From: SAR86 cluster bacterium
GTDB taxonomy: Bacteria; Pseudomonadota; Gammaproteobacteria; Magnimaribacterales; D2472
Assembly (NCBI GenBank): GCA_003331645.1
Contig: QOPI01000002.1
Coordinates: forward strand, 10,512-74,511
Direction: 5' to 3'
DNA: 64,000 nucleotides
The first letter of the stretch is position 1. The number at the start of each line of letters is the position of its first letter. Both the position numbers and the translations under genes were made by a program. This document shows, piece after piece, positions 41,927 through 52,554 of the stretch. Below the pieces are notes generated by a model. That model saw nothing but the letters and a program-made list of their open reading frames with translations. It was not told the DNA's origin and did not search any database.

Positions 41927-43039
41927 ATGAGTGATTTGTTATTAACAAACGCCCTTTGGTTTATAGCATTTGGACTATTTGCTGGTATGGGTTATTTTTT
42001 CTTCTCACAGTCTGTGAAGAAGGTTTTTGTTAATGAAGAAACAATAGTTTTTTCATTAATTTTAGTAGTTGCTCTAGTCGCAGCATCTCTTTTTGGCAGC
42101 ATTTTATCACCATTTTTAGTGAGTATTATAGTTGCTTATTTACTTGTTGGTTTTCAAGCAAGACTTGAGGGTTATGGTTTAAAAACTAATACCGCCCTGA
42201 TACTAACTTATATATTTTTCTTAGTCATTACTACTGCTCTGCTTGTGTATCTTATTCCTTTAATCTACCAACAGCTTCAGGCTCTTGTTCTTGAATCCCC
42301 AAGACTTGTTAATGAATTAATCATTTTCATCCAAGCAGTTCCAAGTAATTATCCTGACCTTATTTCACCAGAACAAATAGCTTCATTTTTTGAAAATATT
42401 TCAGCAGAAATAACAGGCTTTACTCAAAATTTAGTAAAAACCTCCATTACAGGCATTCAAGGAACAATAACTCTATTGATGTACCTCATTCTTTTTCCTG
42501 TTCTGGTATATTTCTTTCTTTTTGATAGGAAGAATATTATTGATAGTTTAATGGATATGATTCCTGGAGATCGACAAATGCTTTCAAATGTTTGGCTAGA
42601 AATGGACAATCAATTAAGTAATTATGTCAGAGGAAAATCTATTGAGATATTAGTAGTAGGAATTGCCTCAGCAATTATTTTTGCATCGTTAGGCTTAAAT
42701 TACACTGCACTTCTTTCAGTATTAGTTGGTGTCTCAGTTCTGATACCATATGTTGGGGCATTTTTGGTAACTATACCTGTATTAGTAGTTGGGTTGATAC
42801 AGTTTGGATTAACAGCTGACTTTTATATTTTAACTGGTCTTTACTTGTTACTTCAGGCTTTAGACGGGAATCTATTAGTTCCTTTAATTTTTTCTGATGC
42901 AGTTAAATTACATCCAGTGATAATAATTTTAGCTGTTTTTGTTTTTGGAAGCATGTTTGGTTTTTGGGGCGTCTTTTTAGCAATACCAATAGCAACTTTT
43001 GTAAAAGCTATATGGAATGCTTGGCCTTCCCAGGCTTAA
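41927..43039 (+). CDS. AI-2E/PerM-family (UPF0118) permease
   Basis: 370-aa multi-TM protein. The C-terminal FGFWGVFLAIPIA segment is typical of the family. Confidence 0.8.
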   Translation: MSDLLLTNALWFIAFGLFAGMGYFFFSQSVKKVFVNEETIVFSLILVVALVAASLFGSILSPFLVSIIVAYLLVGFQARLEGYGLKTNTALILTYIFFLVITTALLVYLIPLIYQQLQALVLESPRLVNELIIFIQAVPSNYPDLISPEQIASFFENISAEITGFTQNLVKTSITGIQGTITLLMYLILFPVLVYFFLFDRKNIIDSLMDMIPGDRQMLSNVWLEMDNQLSNYVRGKSIEILVVGIASAIIFASLGLNYTALLSVLVGVSVLIPYVGAFLVTIPVLVVGLIQFGLTADFYILTGLYLLLQALDGNLLVPLIFSDAVKLHPVIIILAVFVFGSMFGFWGVFLAIPIATFVKAIWNAWPSQA

Positions 43040-43506
43040 TTAAGAGACTTAATTTCCTCTAAAACCTCGGCAACGTGACCTTTAACCTTTACGGCTCTCC
43101 ATTCTTTCACAACTTTTCCATCTTTATTGATAATAAATGTACTTCTATCAACCCCAATATATTCTCTTCCATACATAGATTTAAGCTTCATAACATCAAA
43201 TGCTTTACAAACTTTTTCATCGGGATCAGACAGAAGATCAAAGGGAAAATTTTGTTTTAATTTAAAATTTTCGTGTGACTTAATTGAGTCTCTAGAAACT
43301 CCAATTATTTCAGTATTTAAAGATTTAAATTCATTATAAGAATCTCTAAATTCTTGACCCTCAGTAGTGCAACCAGGCGTGCTATCTTTTGGATAGAAAT
43401 AGATAACAAGATTTTGGCCTAAAAAATCTTTTGATGAAATAGTTTTATCACCAGTTATTGCTGCTGTAAATTTAGGTATTTTTTTTCCTAATAATTTTTT
43501 TGTCAT
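43036..43506 (-). CDS. bcp: Thiol peroxidase Bcp (peroxiredoxin)
   Basis: 156 aa. Catalytic FYPKDSTPGCTTE motif. Confidence 0.93.
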   Translation of the reverse strand: MTKKLLGKKIPKFTAAITGDKTISSKDFLGQNLVIYFYPKDSTPGCTTEGQEFRDSYNEFKSLNTEIIGVSRDSIKSHENFKLKQNFPFDLLSDPDEKVCKAFDVMKLKSMYGREYIGVDRSTFIINKDGKVVKEWRAVKVKGHVAEVLEEIKSLN

Positions 43507-43570
43507 TTTTTTTCCTTAATTGATAATATGAAATGATGTATAGTCATATTCTTTACTGAAATAAATATTC

Positions 43571-44467
43571 ATGCAAGCCCCTAAAGGAAGTTTAGTAGCA
43601 CTAGTAACTCCATTAAAGCTAAATGGCGATGTTGATTATGGCTCTTTAGAAGATCTCATAGAATGGCATGTTGAAGAAGGCACAAATGGTATTGTATCTG
43701 TCGGAACAACTGGAGAATCTGCAACATTAAGCGTTATTGAGCATATAGAAGTAATCTCAAGAACAGTTAAATATGTTAATGGAAGGATTCCTGTTATTGC
43801 TGGAACCGGTAATAATTCTACTCGCGATTCAATTTTATTGACTCAAGAAGCAAGAGATGCTGGAGCAGATTTTTCATTACTTGTTTCCCCATACTACAAT
43901 AAACCAAACCAAGAGGGTTTAATTAAGCACTATCTACAAATAGCTGATTCCGTTGATATTCCTCAAATTCTTTATAACGTTCCCTCTAGAACAGGATGTG
44001 ATATTTTACCTGAAACTGTAAAAGTATTAGCTGATCATGAGAACATAATTGGTATCAAAGAGGCACTTGATGATATGAAAAGAATTCAAGACCTTTTAGA
44101 TATTTCTAATGCTTTAAATGATAAAAAAGACTTTTACATTTTATCTGGAGATGATCCAACTTTTCTTGATTCTATGAAATTTGGAACAGATGGAGTCATC
44201 TCAGTAGTTGCAAATGCAATACCTAAAGAAATTTCTGAGATTTGTAACTTTGCATTAAATAAAGAATATATCAAAGCTTATGAAATAAATGATATGTATT
44301 CAAATTTATATAAATTATGTTTTATTGACTCAAACCCCATTCCAATTAAATGGATAATGTACAAACTTAATAAAATACAAAACAGCATTCGCTCCCCTTT
44401 AATTAATCTAAATGAAACTTTTCATCAACAGATCATGTCAGAGATGGTAAAATTAAAATTATTATGA
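43571..44467 (+). CDS. dapA: 4-hydroxy-tetrahydrodipicolinate synthase
   Basis: 298 aa. GTTGESATLS and YNVPSRTG motifs. bcp / dapA-bamC-purC order is the same as in E. coli. Confidence 0.95.
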   Translation: MQAPKGSLVALVTPLKLNGDVDYGSLEDLIEWHVEEGTNGIVSVGTTGESATLSVIEHIEVISRTVKYVNGRIPVIAGTGNNSTRDSILLTQEARDAGADFSLLVSPYYNKPNQEGLIKHYLQIADSVDIPQILYNVPSRTGCDILPETVKVLADHENIIGIKEALDDMKRIQDLLDISNALNDKKDFYILSGDDPTFLDSMKFGTDGVISVVANAIPKEISEICNFALNKEYIKAYEINDMYSNLYKLCFIDSNPIPIKWIMYKLNKIQNSIRSPLINLNETFHQQIMSEMVKLKLL

Positions 44468-45444
44468 AAAATACATTTATAGGCTTTCTTACAGTAACTT
44501 TTATTTCTTCATGCTCATATTTAACGGGGCCTGAGGGGCTTTTTCCAGAAACAAAATATGACTTTTTAGAAGAAGAGGTTGCCCCAAGTCTAAGAATACC
44601 AGAGGAATTAGATAAGATTGATAAAGAAAATCATTATCCAATTGCATACACTCTAAATAACAATATTGCTAAAGATGTCCCTAAGCCGAGGCAGGTTTTT
44701 TCTTCTGGAGGAGCTTCAGAAGTTCAATTAAGAAGATTAGGTGAGTTAATGTGGATTTATGTTGAAACATTACCATCAACAGCATGGCCAATATCAAAAA
44801 ATTACTGGGAAACATCAAGCTATCAAATAATTTCAACAGATGCCGAAACAGGAGTTATAAAAGTAGCAATTGATGATAATTCTAGTTATGAAATGATAAT
44901 TGAGCATGGCATCAAAGAAGCCTCTACAGAAATTTTTTTAAAGCAGATTAATAATAATAATGAAGATATTACAGATATTGAATCTATTAAACCTGAGTTT
45001 CAAAAGGTAGTAGATTATTTGGCAGCATCTGTTGAAAATTTCTCTGGAACGTCTCTTGCTGCTCAAAGTCTAAATGAAAGAAAGAAAGCAAGAATTTTTA
45101 CACAAAATGATCAAACGGTTATCGAGCTTGATTTAACCTACCCAAGAGCTTGGTCGGCAGTTAGCAGAGCTTTAACTGCAGGGAATATTGTGACCAATGA
45201 TAGGAATAGAGATAAAGGAATCTTTTATGTTAGTTATGCAAGCGAAGTTGAGGCTGGTTTCTTTTCTTTTCTGTCTTTTGGGCAAGATGAGAATGAAGAA
45301 GGTCTTGTTCTTGGTGACGAGGCAGAATTCGAAATAAAAGTTAAATCATTAGGATCCAAAACAATTATTACCGCCGAAGCTACTAACGGCAGCATCGAAG
45401 ATGCCGAAACATTATTATCTAAAATAAATGAGTCACTAAGCTAA
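44464..45444 (+). CDS. bamC: Outer membrane protein assembly lipoprotein BamC (NlpB)
   Basis: 326 aa. Lipobox FISSC. Conserved position between dapA and purC. The call rests mainly on synteny. Confidence 0.75.
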   Translation: MKNTFIGFLTVTFISSCSYLTGPEGLFPETKYDFLEEEVAPSLRIPEELDKIDKENHYPIAYTLNNNIAKDVPKPRQVFSSGGASEVQLRRLGELMWIYVETLPSTAWPISKNYWETSSYQIISTDAETGVIKVAIDDNSSYEMIIEHGIKEASTEIFLKQINNNNEDITDIESIKPEFQKVVDYLAASVENFSGTSLAAQSLNERKKARIFTQNDQTVIELDLTYPRAWSAVSRALTAGNIVTNDRNRDKGIFYVSYASEVEAGFFSFLSFGQDENEEGLVLGDEAEFEIKVKSLGSKTIITAEATNGSIEDAETLLSKINESLS

Positions 45445-46163
45445 TGAAAAAATTAAATGAAATTACAACTGGCAAAGCTAAATCTTTATACACAACTGAT
45501 GCATCTGATCAATTAATTATGCATTTTAGAGATGATACATCAGCTTTTGACGGAAAGAAGAAAGAAGCTTTGCTTGGTAAAGGGGCAGTAAATAATCAAT
45601 TTAATGCTTTTATTATGGAGCATCTTGAAGCAAAAGGTGTCAATACTCATCATATTGAGGTTTTAAATTCTACAGATTCTTTGGTTTATAAATTGGAGAT
45701 GTTTCCTATTGAATGCGTTGTTCGAAATAGAGCAACAGGTTCTATTTGTAGGAGGCTTGGAACTAAAGATGGCTTAATTCTAGATACGCCATTATTTGAA
45801 TTCTTTCTAAAAGACGATGAGCTAGGAGATCCCTTAATTACTGATGAACATATTTTATCTTTTGGATGGGCTGGAGAAGAAGATATTAAAGAAATGAAAG
45901 AAATAACATTAAATATAAATACAATTTTATGTGAACTATTTTTAAGTAGTAACTTAATCCTGGTTGATTTTAAAGTTGAATTTGGTTTATTTGATGGAAA
46001 GTTATTACTAGCTGATGAATTTACTCCAGATGGATGTAGACTTTGGGATACAGAAACATTAGCAAAAATGGATAAAGATAGATTTAGACAAGGTCTAGGT
46101 GATGTTGTTGAATCATACCATCAAGTAGCAGATAGATTAGGCATGAATATAAAACTTGACTAA
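45444..46163 (+). CDS. purC: SAICAR synthetase
   Basis: 239 aa. [10 protein letters not shown]-terminus and [14 protein letters not shown] motif. Confidence 0.95.
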   Translation: MKKLNEITTGKAKSLYTTDASDQLIMHFRDDTSAFDGKKKEALLGKGAVNNQFNAFIMEHLEAKGVNTHHIEVLNSTDSLVYKLEMFPIECVVRNRATGSICRRLGTKDGLILDTPLFEFFLKDDELGDPLITDEHILSFGWAGEEDIKEMKEITLNINTILCELFLSSNLILVDFKVEFGLFDGKLLLADEFTPDGCRLWDTETLAKMDKDRFRQGLGDVVESYHQVADRLGMNIKLD

Positions 46164-46176
46164 AAAAGTCAAGTAT
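46152..46176 (+). promoter_or_regulatory. IscR type-1 operator
   Basis: AAACTTGACTAAAAAAGTCAAGTAT matches 23 of 25 positions of the E. coli type-1 consensus ATASYYGACTRWWWYAGTCRRSTAT (from memory). Lies 14 nt upstream of the iscR start and overlaps the purC stop codon. Confidence 0.7.
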
Positions 46177-46183
46177 TTATAAT
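46156..46183 (+). promoter_or_regulatory. Near-consensus sigma70 promoter of the isc operon
   Basis: TTGACT (46156-46161), 16-nt spacer, TATAAT (46178-46183). The -10 ends 6 nt before the GTG start of iscR. Confidence 0.55.
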
Positions 46184-46189
46184 TGTCGC

Positions 46190-46621
46190 GTGAAACTCAC
46201 CACCAAAAGCAAATATGCTGTTAATGCGCTAACTGAACTCTGTGCACTTCAGAAGAATGGTCCTGTAGCATTATCAGACATTTCTAATCGTCAGAATATA
46301 GAAATAACATATTTAGAACAACTATTTAGAAAGTTGCGAATAGCTGGCATTGTAGAAAGTATTAGAGGTAGAAAGGGTGGATATGTATATGCAAAAGACC
46401 CATTATATATTTCTATCAAAGAAGTAATGAATGCTGTTAATGAAGACTTAGATGCTACAAGTTGTAGCGGAAGTTCTTCATGTCACGATGGCAAAAGATG
46501 CAATGCACATAATCTTTGGAGTGAATTAAATGATGTTGTTGATACATTTCTTAGTAATGTAACTATTTCACATTTAGCACAAAACAATAACTCAAACATC
46601 GAAATTAAGGAGATAATTTGA
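46190..46621 (+). CDS. iscR: Fe-S cluster biogenesis regulator IscR (Rrf2 family)
   Basis: 143 aa, GTG start. The [14 protein letters not shown] winged-helix N-terminus aligns from residue 1. Cluster ligands are in [16 protein letters not shown]. Confidence 0.93.
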   Translation: MKLTTKSKYAVNALTELCALQKNGPVALSDISNRQNIEITYLEQLFRKLRIAGIVESIRGRKGGYVYAKDPLYISIKEVMNAVNEDLDATSCSGSSSCHDGKRCNAHNLWSELNDVVDTFLSNVTISHLAQNNNSNIEIKEII

Positions 46622-47847
46622 TGGAACTAAATTCGCAATCAACTATATATTTAGATTATGCATCTACAACTCCAGTAGATCCAAGAGTTGCAAGTAAAAT
46701 GATGGAGTATCTAACTCCTCAGGGTGAATTTGGTAATCCGGCATCACGATCACATAGATTTGGATGGGCTGCTGATGAAGCAGTTGAGGAAGCTAGATCG
46801 CATGTTGCTAATCTGGTTAATTGCGATCCAAGAGAAATCGTTTGGACTTCTGGAGCAACAGAAGCAGACAATTTAGCTATAAAAGGAATAGCTAGATTTT
46901 ATAAGTCAAAAGGTAACCATATCATTACTTCTAAAATAGAACATAAAGCAGTTTTAGATCCGTGTAGGCAATTAGAGCGCGAAGGATTTGAAGTAACTTA
47001 TTTAGATCCCAATGAGGGCGGTATTATTACTCCTGAAGCAATAAAAGAGGCATTGCAGGAAAATACTGTTCTAGTTTCTATTATGCATATTAATAATGAA
47101 CTCGGCACCCTGAATGATATTAATAGCATTGGAAGAGTTGTAAAAGATCATGGCGCTTTTTTTCATGTCGACGCTGCTCAAAGCACTGGCAAAGTGGATA
47201 TAGACTTATCCACCTTACCAGTTGATTTAATGTCATTTTCAGCACATAAAACATATGGACCAAAAGGTATTGGAGCTCTCTATGTGAGGAGGAAACCTCG
47301 TGTAAGAATTGAGGCTATGATTCATGGTGGAGGTCATGAAAGAGGTATGAGGTCTGGAACGCTAGCAACACATCAAATTGTTGGAATGGGTGAAGCTTTT
47401 AGATTGGCGAAAGAAGAAATGGAGAATGATATTATAAGAATAAATAGTTTTCATGCAGAATTCCTTAAAGAAGCAATGAAGATTGAGCATGCTTACATAA
47501 ATGGTGATGTTAAAAATAAAGTACCTAATATTTTGAATATTAGTTTTAATTTTGTTGAAGGTGAATCTCTTATCATGGGGTTAAAAGATATTGCTGTTTC
47601 TTCTGGTTCTGCATGTACCTCAGCAAGTTTAGAGCCTTCTTATGTTCTAAGAGCTTTAGGAAGAAAAGATGAACTTGCGCACAGCTCAATAAGATTTTCT
47701 TTTGGAAGATTTACTGAGGAAGCTGATGTAAAACGCACAATTAAAATTTTAGGTAATGTTGTAGAAAGATTAAGGGAACTATCCCCGCTATGGGAAATGC
47801 ATCTAGATGGTATAGATCTTGATGCAGTAGAGTGGGATACACATTAA
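46621..47847 (+). CDS. iscS: Cysteine desulfurase IscS
   Basis: PLP-lysine [12 protein letters not shown] and active-site SSGSACTS. The ATG at 46621 (AAGGAG 7 nt upstream, TGATG overlap with iscR) is preferred over the TTG at 46618. Confidence 0.96.
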   Translation: MELNSQSTIYLDYASTTPVDPRVASKMMEYLTPQGEFGNPASRSHRFGWAADEAVEEARSHVANLVNCDPREIVWTSGATEADNLAIKGIARFYKSKGNHIITSKIEHKAVLDPCRQLEREGFEVTYLDPNEGGIITPEAIKEALQENTVLVSIMHINNELGTLNDINSIGRVVKDHGAFFHVDAAQSTGKVDIDLSTLPVDLMSFSAHKTYGPKGIGALYVRRKPRVRIEAMIHGGGHERGMRSGTLATHQIVGMGEAFRLAKEEMENDIIRINSFHAEFLKEAMKIEHAYINGDVKNKVPNILNISFNFVEGESLIMGLKDIAVSSGSACTSASLEPSYVLRALGRKDELAHSSIRFSFGRFTEEADVKRTIKILGNVVERLRELSPLWEMHLDGIDLDAVEWDTH

Positions 47848-47867
47848 AATACTTATAGGAGTATAGA

Positions 47868-48272
47868 ATGGCATATAGCAAAAAAGTGGTAGATAAATTT
47901 GAAAATACTTTAAATAATCCTCAAGCATTTAAAGTAGGGAAATTCGATCCAAAAGAAGTAAATGTTGGAACTGGAATGGTAGGCGCTCCAGCTTGTGGCG
48001 ATGTGATGAAGTTACAAATTAAGTGTGAGCAAAAAGGTAATACCCATGTAATTAAGGATGTTAAATTTAAGACATACGGCTGCGGTTCAGCAATCGCTTC
48101 ATCTAGTGAATTAGTTGAGATGCTTATTGGCAAAACTCTTGAAGAGGCTAAAGAAATAAAAAATAAAGAAATAGTAGATGCGTTAGAATTACCGCCTATT
48201 AAAATTCATTGTTCCGTCTTAGCTGAGGACTCCATAAAGCAAGCCATTAAAGATTTTGAATCAAAGCAATAA
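47868..48272 (+). CDS. iscU: Fe-S scaffold IscU
   Basis: 134 aa. Three ligand Cys (PACGD, YGCGS, HCS) and an LPPIK chaperone-docking motif at 48189-48203. Confidence 0.97.
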   Translation: MAYSKKVVDKFENTLNNPQAFKVGKFDPKEVNVGTGMVGAPACGDVMKLQIKCEQKGNTHVIKDVKFKTYGCGSAIASSSELVEMLIGKTLEEAKEIKNKEIVDALELPPIKIHCSVLAEDSIKQAIKDFESKQ

Positions 48273-48279
48273 TAAAACT

Positions 48280-48621
48280 ATGGAAACTTTTAAACCCAAT
48301 GAACTAAGCTTTTCAGATAAAGCTATAGAACATTTTAGTAGTAGCCTTAGCAAAAGAGGTAATGGTCTTGGTATTCAGATTGGGGTTAGAAAAGCTGGAT
48401 GTTCAGGTTACGAATATTTTTTTGATTTTGTAGATACAATCAGCGATGAATATGTAATTTTTGAAAAAAATGATTGTAAAATTTTTGTTGATAAACAAAG
48501 TCTAAATTTCCTTAAAGGAACCTTAGTTAATTATTCTGAAGAAGGTTTAAATAAGGGGATTAGATTTGAAAATCCAAACGCAAAAGCTGTTTGTGGATGT
48601 GGTGAGAGCTTTACCATATAA
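48280..48621 (+). CDS. iscA: Fe-S carrier IscA
   Basis: C-terminal CGCGESF and GCSGYEY motifs. The ATG at 48280 gives 113 aa, comparable to E. coli IscA. The ORF-track start at 48256 would overlap iscU by 17 nt and remains possible. Confidence 0.93.
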   Translation: METFKPNELSFSDKAIEHFSSSLSKRGNGLGIQIGVRKAGCSGYEYFFDFVDTISDEYVIFEKNDCKIFVDKQSLNFLKGTLVNYSEEGLNKGIRFENPNAKAVCGCGESFTI

Positions 48622-48626
48622 AAATC

Positions 48627-48968
48627 ATGGCTAAAATAAAAATTTGGCCTCATGAAGAGATCTGCCCCGATGGAGCAATTCTAGACACATTACCTGATGA
48701 GACTATTTGTGAGGCTGCACTGAGAGAAGGCATTAGAATAGAGCATGCGTGTGAGATGTCATGTGCGTGTACTACATGCCATTGTATTATAAGAAAAGGT
48801 TTTGAAAAATTTGATGATGCATCTGATACTGAAGAAGACATGCTTGATAAAGCATGGGGTCTAGAACAAACTTCAAGATTAAGTTGCCAAGCAATACCTC
48901 CTATTGATGAGGAAATTGAAATAGAGTTACCTAAATATAATATAAATATGGTCTCTGAGGATCACTAA
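48627..48968 (+). CDS. fdx: [2Fe-2S] ferredoxin of the ISC system
   Basis: 113 aa. Cys ligands in EMSCACTTCHC and LSCQ (adrenodoxin type). Confidence 0.94.
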   Translation: MAKIKIWPHEEICPDGAILDTLPDETICEAALREGIRIEHACEMSCACTTCHCIIRKGFEKFDDASDTEEDMLDKAWGLEQTSRLSCQAIPPIDEEIEIELPKYNINMVSEDH

Positions 48969-49171
48969 TGAATAAATTAGACTGGTTAGATATTAATGAT
49001 ATTGCTATTGAGCTTTATGATAGCTTTCCAGATATTGATCCACAGTGGATTAGTTTTCCAGATTTGCATAAAAAGATATGCGATTTAGATTGCTTTATTG
49101 GGGATCCAGGTAAATCAAATGAACAAATTCTTGAAGCTATTCAGATGACATGGATAGAAGAATACAAATAA
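48968..49171 (+). CDS. iscX: Fe-S assembly protein IscX
   Basis: 67-aa acidic protein. Aligns by eye along its whole length with E. coli IscX (YfhJ). Confidence 0.88.
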   Translation: MNKLDWLDINDIAIELYDSFPDIDPQWISFPDLHKKICDLDCFIGDPGKSNEQILEAIQMTWIEEYK

Positions 49172-49214
49172 GTCTCTTATAATAGCGAAAATTTTTTAAT
49201 AAGGGTTAATCAAT

Positions 49215-49634
49215 ATGAATACACAAAGAACACTTTCTATAATTAAACCAGATGCAGTATCAAAGAATGTTATTGGAAAAATTATAAGTAGGTTTGAAGA
49301 TAATGGTTTAAAAATAGTTGCTGGAAAATTGCTATCTCTTTCTGAGGAAATGGCCGCTGGGTTTTATGCGGAGCATGAAGGAAGACCTTTTTTTAAAGCT
49401 TTAATAGAGTTTATGACTTCTGGTCCAATTTTTGTTCAAGTCCTAGAAGGTGAAGATGCTGTAATAAAAAATAGAGAATTGATGGGAAGCACTAATCCTG
49501 AAGAAGCAGATCGAGGAACTATTAGAGCTGATTTTGCAAAAAGTATTGATGCAAATGCGGTTCATGGATCAGATTCCTTAGAAAGTGCTGCAAGAGAAAT
49601 CAATTATTTTTTTAATGATAATGAAATTACTTAA
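49215..49634 (+). CDS. ndk: Nucleoside diphosphate kinase
   Basis: 139 aa. [10 protein letters not shown] and active-site NAVHGSDS. Confidence 0.96.
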   Translation: MNTQRTLSIIKPDAVSKNVIGKIISRFEDNGLKIVAGKLLSLSEEMAAGFYAEHEGRPFFKALIEFMTSGPIFVQVLEGEDAVIKNRELMGSTNPEEADRGTIRADFAKSIDANAVHGSDSLESAAREINYFFNDNEIT

Positions 49635-49642
49635 ATATTATT

Positions 49643-50725
49643 TTGCAAAATAAAATTAATTTATTAGGCTTTTCTCAAAAATCTTTAGAAGCATTTTTTA
49701 AAGATTTAGGACAATCATCATATAGAGCAAAACAGTTAATAAAATGGGTTCATCAAAAAGGTGAATTAGAATTCGATTGTATGACCGATTTTAATAAAGA
49801 GCTAAGAGAGAAATTAAAAGAAGTTGCCATTATAGAACCTCCAAAGGTTCTTAAAACACTCACATCAAATGAAGGAACAAAGAAGTATTTGATAGAGTTA
49901 AAATCTGGATCGTCTATTGAGATGGTAAGAATTCCTGAAAAAAATAGGATGACTTTATGTATATCATCTCAGGCTGGTTGTGCGCTTCAATGTACGTTCT
50001 GCGCAACTGGTGCTCAAGGGTTTGATCAAAACTTAACTGCTGATGAAATTATAGGCCAAGTTTGGATTGCTAATTATCTCGACAGAGATGAGCCGCCTAT
50101 AACCAATGTAGTATTTATGGGGATGGGAGAACCACTTTTAAATTTTGATCCAGTAATTGAGTCTGTTGAAATTATGCGTAATCAATTAGCTTATTCTCTT
50201 TCAAAAAAAAGAATAACTATCAGCACCTCAGGAATAGTTCCTCAAATCAATAGATTAGCTGATACAACCGATGTATCTTTAGCTATCTCTTTGCATGCAG
50301 CTGACAATCAATTAAGAGATATCATAGTGCCAATTAATAAAAAATATCCTATAAATGAGCTACTTAGCTCATGTAAGAATTATTTATCTAAACAGACTGG
50401 TAAACGCAATATTACAATTGAATATATTTTGATTGATGGAATAAATGATTCAATAAAACATGCCGCAAGCTTATCAAAAATATTGTCTAATCTATCTTGT
50501 AAAATAAATTTAATTCCATTTAATCCATTCAATGGAAGCGATTATAAAAGATCAACGAATAGAAATATTTATGCTTTTAAAGATTATTTAATTAAAAAGG
50601 GTTATATAACAACTTTAAGAATTACCAGAGGCGATGCAATAGATGGTGCTTGTGGCCAACTTGTTGGGGATTTAAAAAATACAGTTAAAGGAAAAGGGGT
50701 TATAGAGCATACTAGCATTCATTGA
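49643..50725 (+). CDS. rlmN: 23S rRNA/tRNA adenine-C2 methyltransferase RlmN (radical SAM)
   Basis: 360 aa, TTG start. CALQCTFCATG radical-SAM motif. ndk-rlmN order is the same as in Pseudomonas. Confidence 0.93.
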   Translation: MQNKINLLGFSQKSLEAFFKDLGQSSYRAKQLIKWVHQKGELEFDCMTDFNKELREKLKEVAIIEPPKVLKTLTSNEGTKKYLIELKSGSSIEMVRIPEKNRMTLCISSQAGCALQCTFCATGAQGFDQNLTADEIIGQVWIANYLDRDEPPITNVVFMGMGEPLLNFDPVIESVEIMRNQLAYSLSKKRITISTSGIVPQINRLADTTDVSLAISLHAADNQLRDIIVPINKKYPINELLSSCKNYLSKQTGKRNITIEYILIDGINDSIKHAASLSKILSNLSCKINLIPFNPFNGSDYKRSTNRNIYAFKDYLIKKGYITTLRITRGDAIDGACGQLVGDLKNTVKGKGVIEHTSIH

Positions 50726-50732
50726 TTTTTAA

Positions 50733-51464
50733 ATGCCAAAAGAAAAAAAATTAGAGAGATTAGGGTTAAAGTTTAAGCAAAAGAGATCTGATCTTAATCT
50801 TAGCATTGAAGACATCTCAGTTAAACTTAATATAAATACCAAGTATCTTTTAGCAATAGAAGATGACGATTATTCAACTTTTCCTGCAAGAACTTTTGCT
50901 ATAGCTTATTACAACAAATACGCTAATTTTCTTAACATACTTGATAAATATCCAATTAAAGATGAAGAGATAGTTATCCATCCTAAAGCAAAAAAGAAGT
51001 TTACCTTTTTGAACAAGAATCAAGCCAGGCTTAAAAGCAAAAGACTTAAGATAGTTTTTATATTATTGCTTCTTTCTTTATTTATTTTATTTCATTTAAA
51101 TAACGATGATGATTTAACAAATGCAGAAAGTGCATTAGAGCCAGTCACTATAAATTTACCAACATCTTCAAAAGAAGAAAATAAAAAAGAATTAATTAAA
51201 GTAGATCCAGTAATATCGAATACAGATTTAGAATTATTTTTTTTAGATACATGTTGGGTAGAAATATACACAGATAATAAGAAAGCTTTAATCTATAAAC
51301 TATATAATAAAGATGAAAAATTAAGATTAGACGTTGGAAAAAGCTTTACACTTATAGTAGGAAATATTGATAATGTAGTTGCAAAATATTCAGGAACGAA
51401 TATTGATCTTACAGAAAATGCTAACAAACAAAAAGTAAGCATAAATATAATTAAAAATGAGTAA
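50733..51464 (+). CDS. rodZ: Cytoskeleton protein RodZ-like (HTH, TM segment, periplasmic domain)
   Basis: 243 aa. N-terminal XRE-type HTH ([21 protein letters not shown]), a central TM segment and a C-terminal beta-rich domain. Conserved position before ispG. Confidence 0.78.
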   Translation: MPKEKKLERLGLKFKQKRSDLNLSIEDISVKLNINTKYLLAIEDDDYSTFPARTFAIAYYNKYANFLNILDKYPIKDEEIVIHPKAKKKFTFLNKNQARLKSKRLKIVFILLLLSLFILFHLNNDDDLTNAESALEPVTINLPTSSKEENKKELIKVDPVISNTDLELFFLDTCWVEIYTDNKKALIYKLYNKDEKLRLDVGKSFTLIVGNIDNVVAKYSGTNIDLTENANKQKVSINIIKNE

Positions 51465-52554
51465 TTGGATAAAAAGAAAGCAAACTAAAACTGTTAATGT
51501 TGGTGGAGTCCTTGTAGGCGGCAATAATCCAATTGCAATTCAATCAATGACCAATACAGACACCTGTGATGTTTTTTCCACCGTGAAACAAATCAATGAT
51601 CTCAAAGCTGCTGGAGCAGATATTGTAAGAGTTTCTGTTCCTGGTTTTGATGAAGCTAAGGCTTTTAAGAAAATTAAAAAAACCGTAGATATTCCATTGG
51701 TGGCTGATATTCATTTTGATTATAAAATTGCCTTAGAAGTTGCAGATGCTGCTGATTGTTTAAGAATAAACCCAGGTAATATTGGAAAAATTGATAGAGT
51801 AAGTGAAGTAATTAAATCAGCAATAGATAATGATATTCCTATTAGGGTTGGAGTAAATGCAGGCTCATTAGAAAAAGACCTTCAAAAAAAATATGGTGAG
51901 CCTAATGCAGATGCTCTTGTTGAATCTGCTTTAAGGCATGTTGATATTTTAGAAAAGTTTAATTTTGAAAATTATAAAATGAGCTTAAAAGCATCTAATA
52001 TTGAAATGACTGTTGATGCTTACAGAAAAATATCAAATATTATAGATCAGCCACTTCATTTAGGAATTACTGAAGCCGGAAGTTATAGAGCAGGAACAGT
52101 TAAATCTTCAATAGGAGTTGGGATGCTTCTTTCAGAGGGTATTGGAGATACAATAAGAATTTCTTTAGCATCTGATCCAGTAGATGAAATCAAAGTCGGA
52201 TGGGATATTTTAAAAAGTTTAAATATTAGAAGTAGAGGAGTTAAAATCATAGCTTGTCCTAGCTGCTCAAGACAAAATTTTAATGTTATAGAAGTTGTAA
52301 ATGCTCTTGAAGAGAGATTTGAAGATATTTCTGAAGATATAGAGATAGCAATTATTGGATGTTACGTAAATGGACCTGGTGAATCAAAAGCTGCTGAGAT
52401 TGGTCTTACTGGCGCATCCCCTAAAAATTTATTATACATAGATGGCATACCTGATAAAAAAATTGCTAGTGAGCATCTAATAGATGAACTTGAAGCGCAA
52501 GTTAGACAAAAATTATCATTAAGAGATAATAGTAATGTTATTGTAAGAGGATAA
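51457..52554 (+). CDS. ispG: HMBPP synthase IspG
   Basis: 365 aa. VRVSVP, INPGNIG and CPSCSR...GCYVNGPGE Fe-S Cys motifs. Confidence 0.96.
   Translation: MSNWIKRKQTKTVNVGGVLVGGNNPIAIQSMTNTDTCDVFSTVKQINDLKAAGADIVRVSVPGFDEAKAFKKIKKTVDIPLVADIHFDYKIALEVADAADCLRINPGNIGKIDRVSEVIKSAIDNDIPIRVGVNAGSLEKDLQKKYGEPNADALVESALRHVDILEKFNFENYKMSLKASNIEMTVDAYRKISNIIDQPLHLGITEAGSYRAGTVKSSIGVGMLLSEGIGDTIRISLASDPVDEIKVGWDILKSLNIRSRGVKIIACPSCSRQNFNVIEVVNALEERFEDISEDIEIAIIGCYVNGPGESKAAEIGLTGASPKNLLYIDGIPDKKIASEHLIDELEAQVRQKLSLRDNSNVIVRG

Noticed and set aside
41898-41929. 9-codon upstream ORF (MKSIMELSY) whose TAA overlaps the ATG of the AI-2E permease gene (TAATG)
   Set aside because: Short ATG-initiated ORFs are expected by chance in a 171-nt AT-rich divergent promoter region. 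There is no Shine-Dalgarno, and I have no conservation evidence. It can be revisited if ribosome profiling data exist.
46154-46174. Inverted repeat ACTTGAC-TAAAAAA-GTCAAGT read as a purC Rho-independent terminator
   Set aside because: The 7-bp AT-rich stem with a 7-nt loop and no proper U-tract makes a poor terminator. The same bases match the IscR type-1 operator much better and are immediately upstream of iscR, so it is reported as an operator instead.
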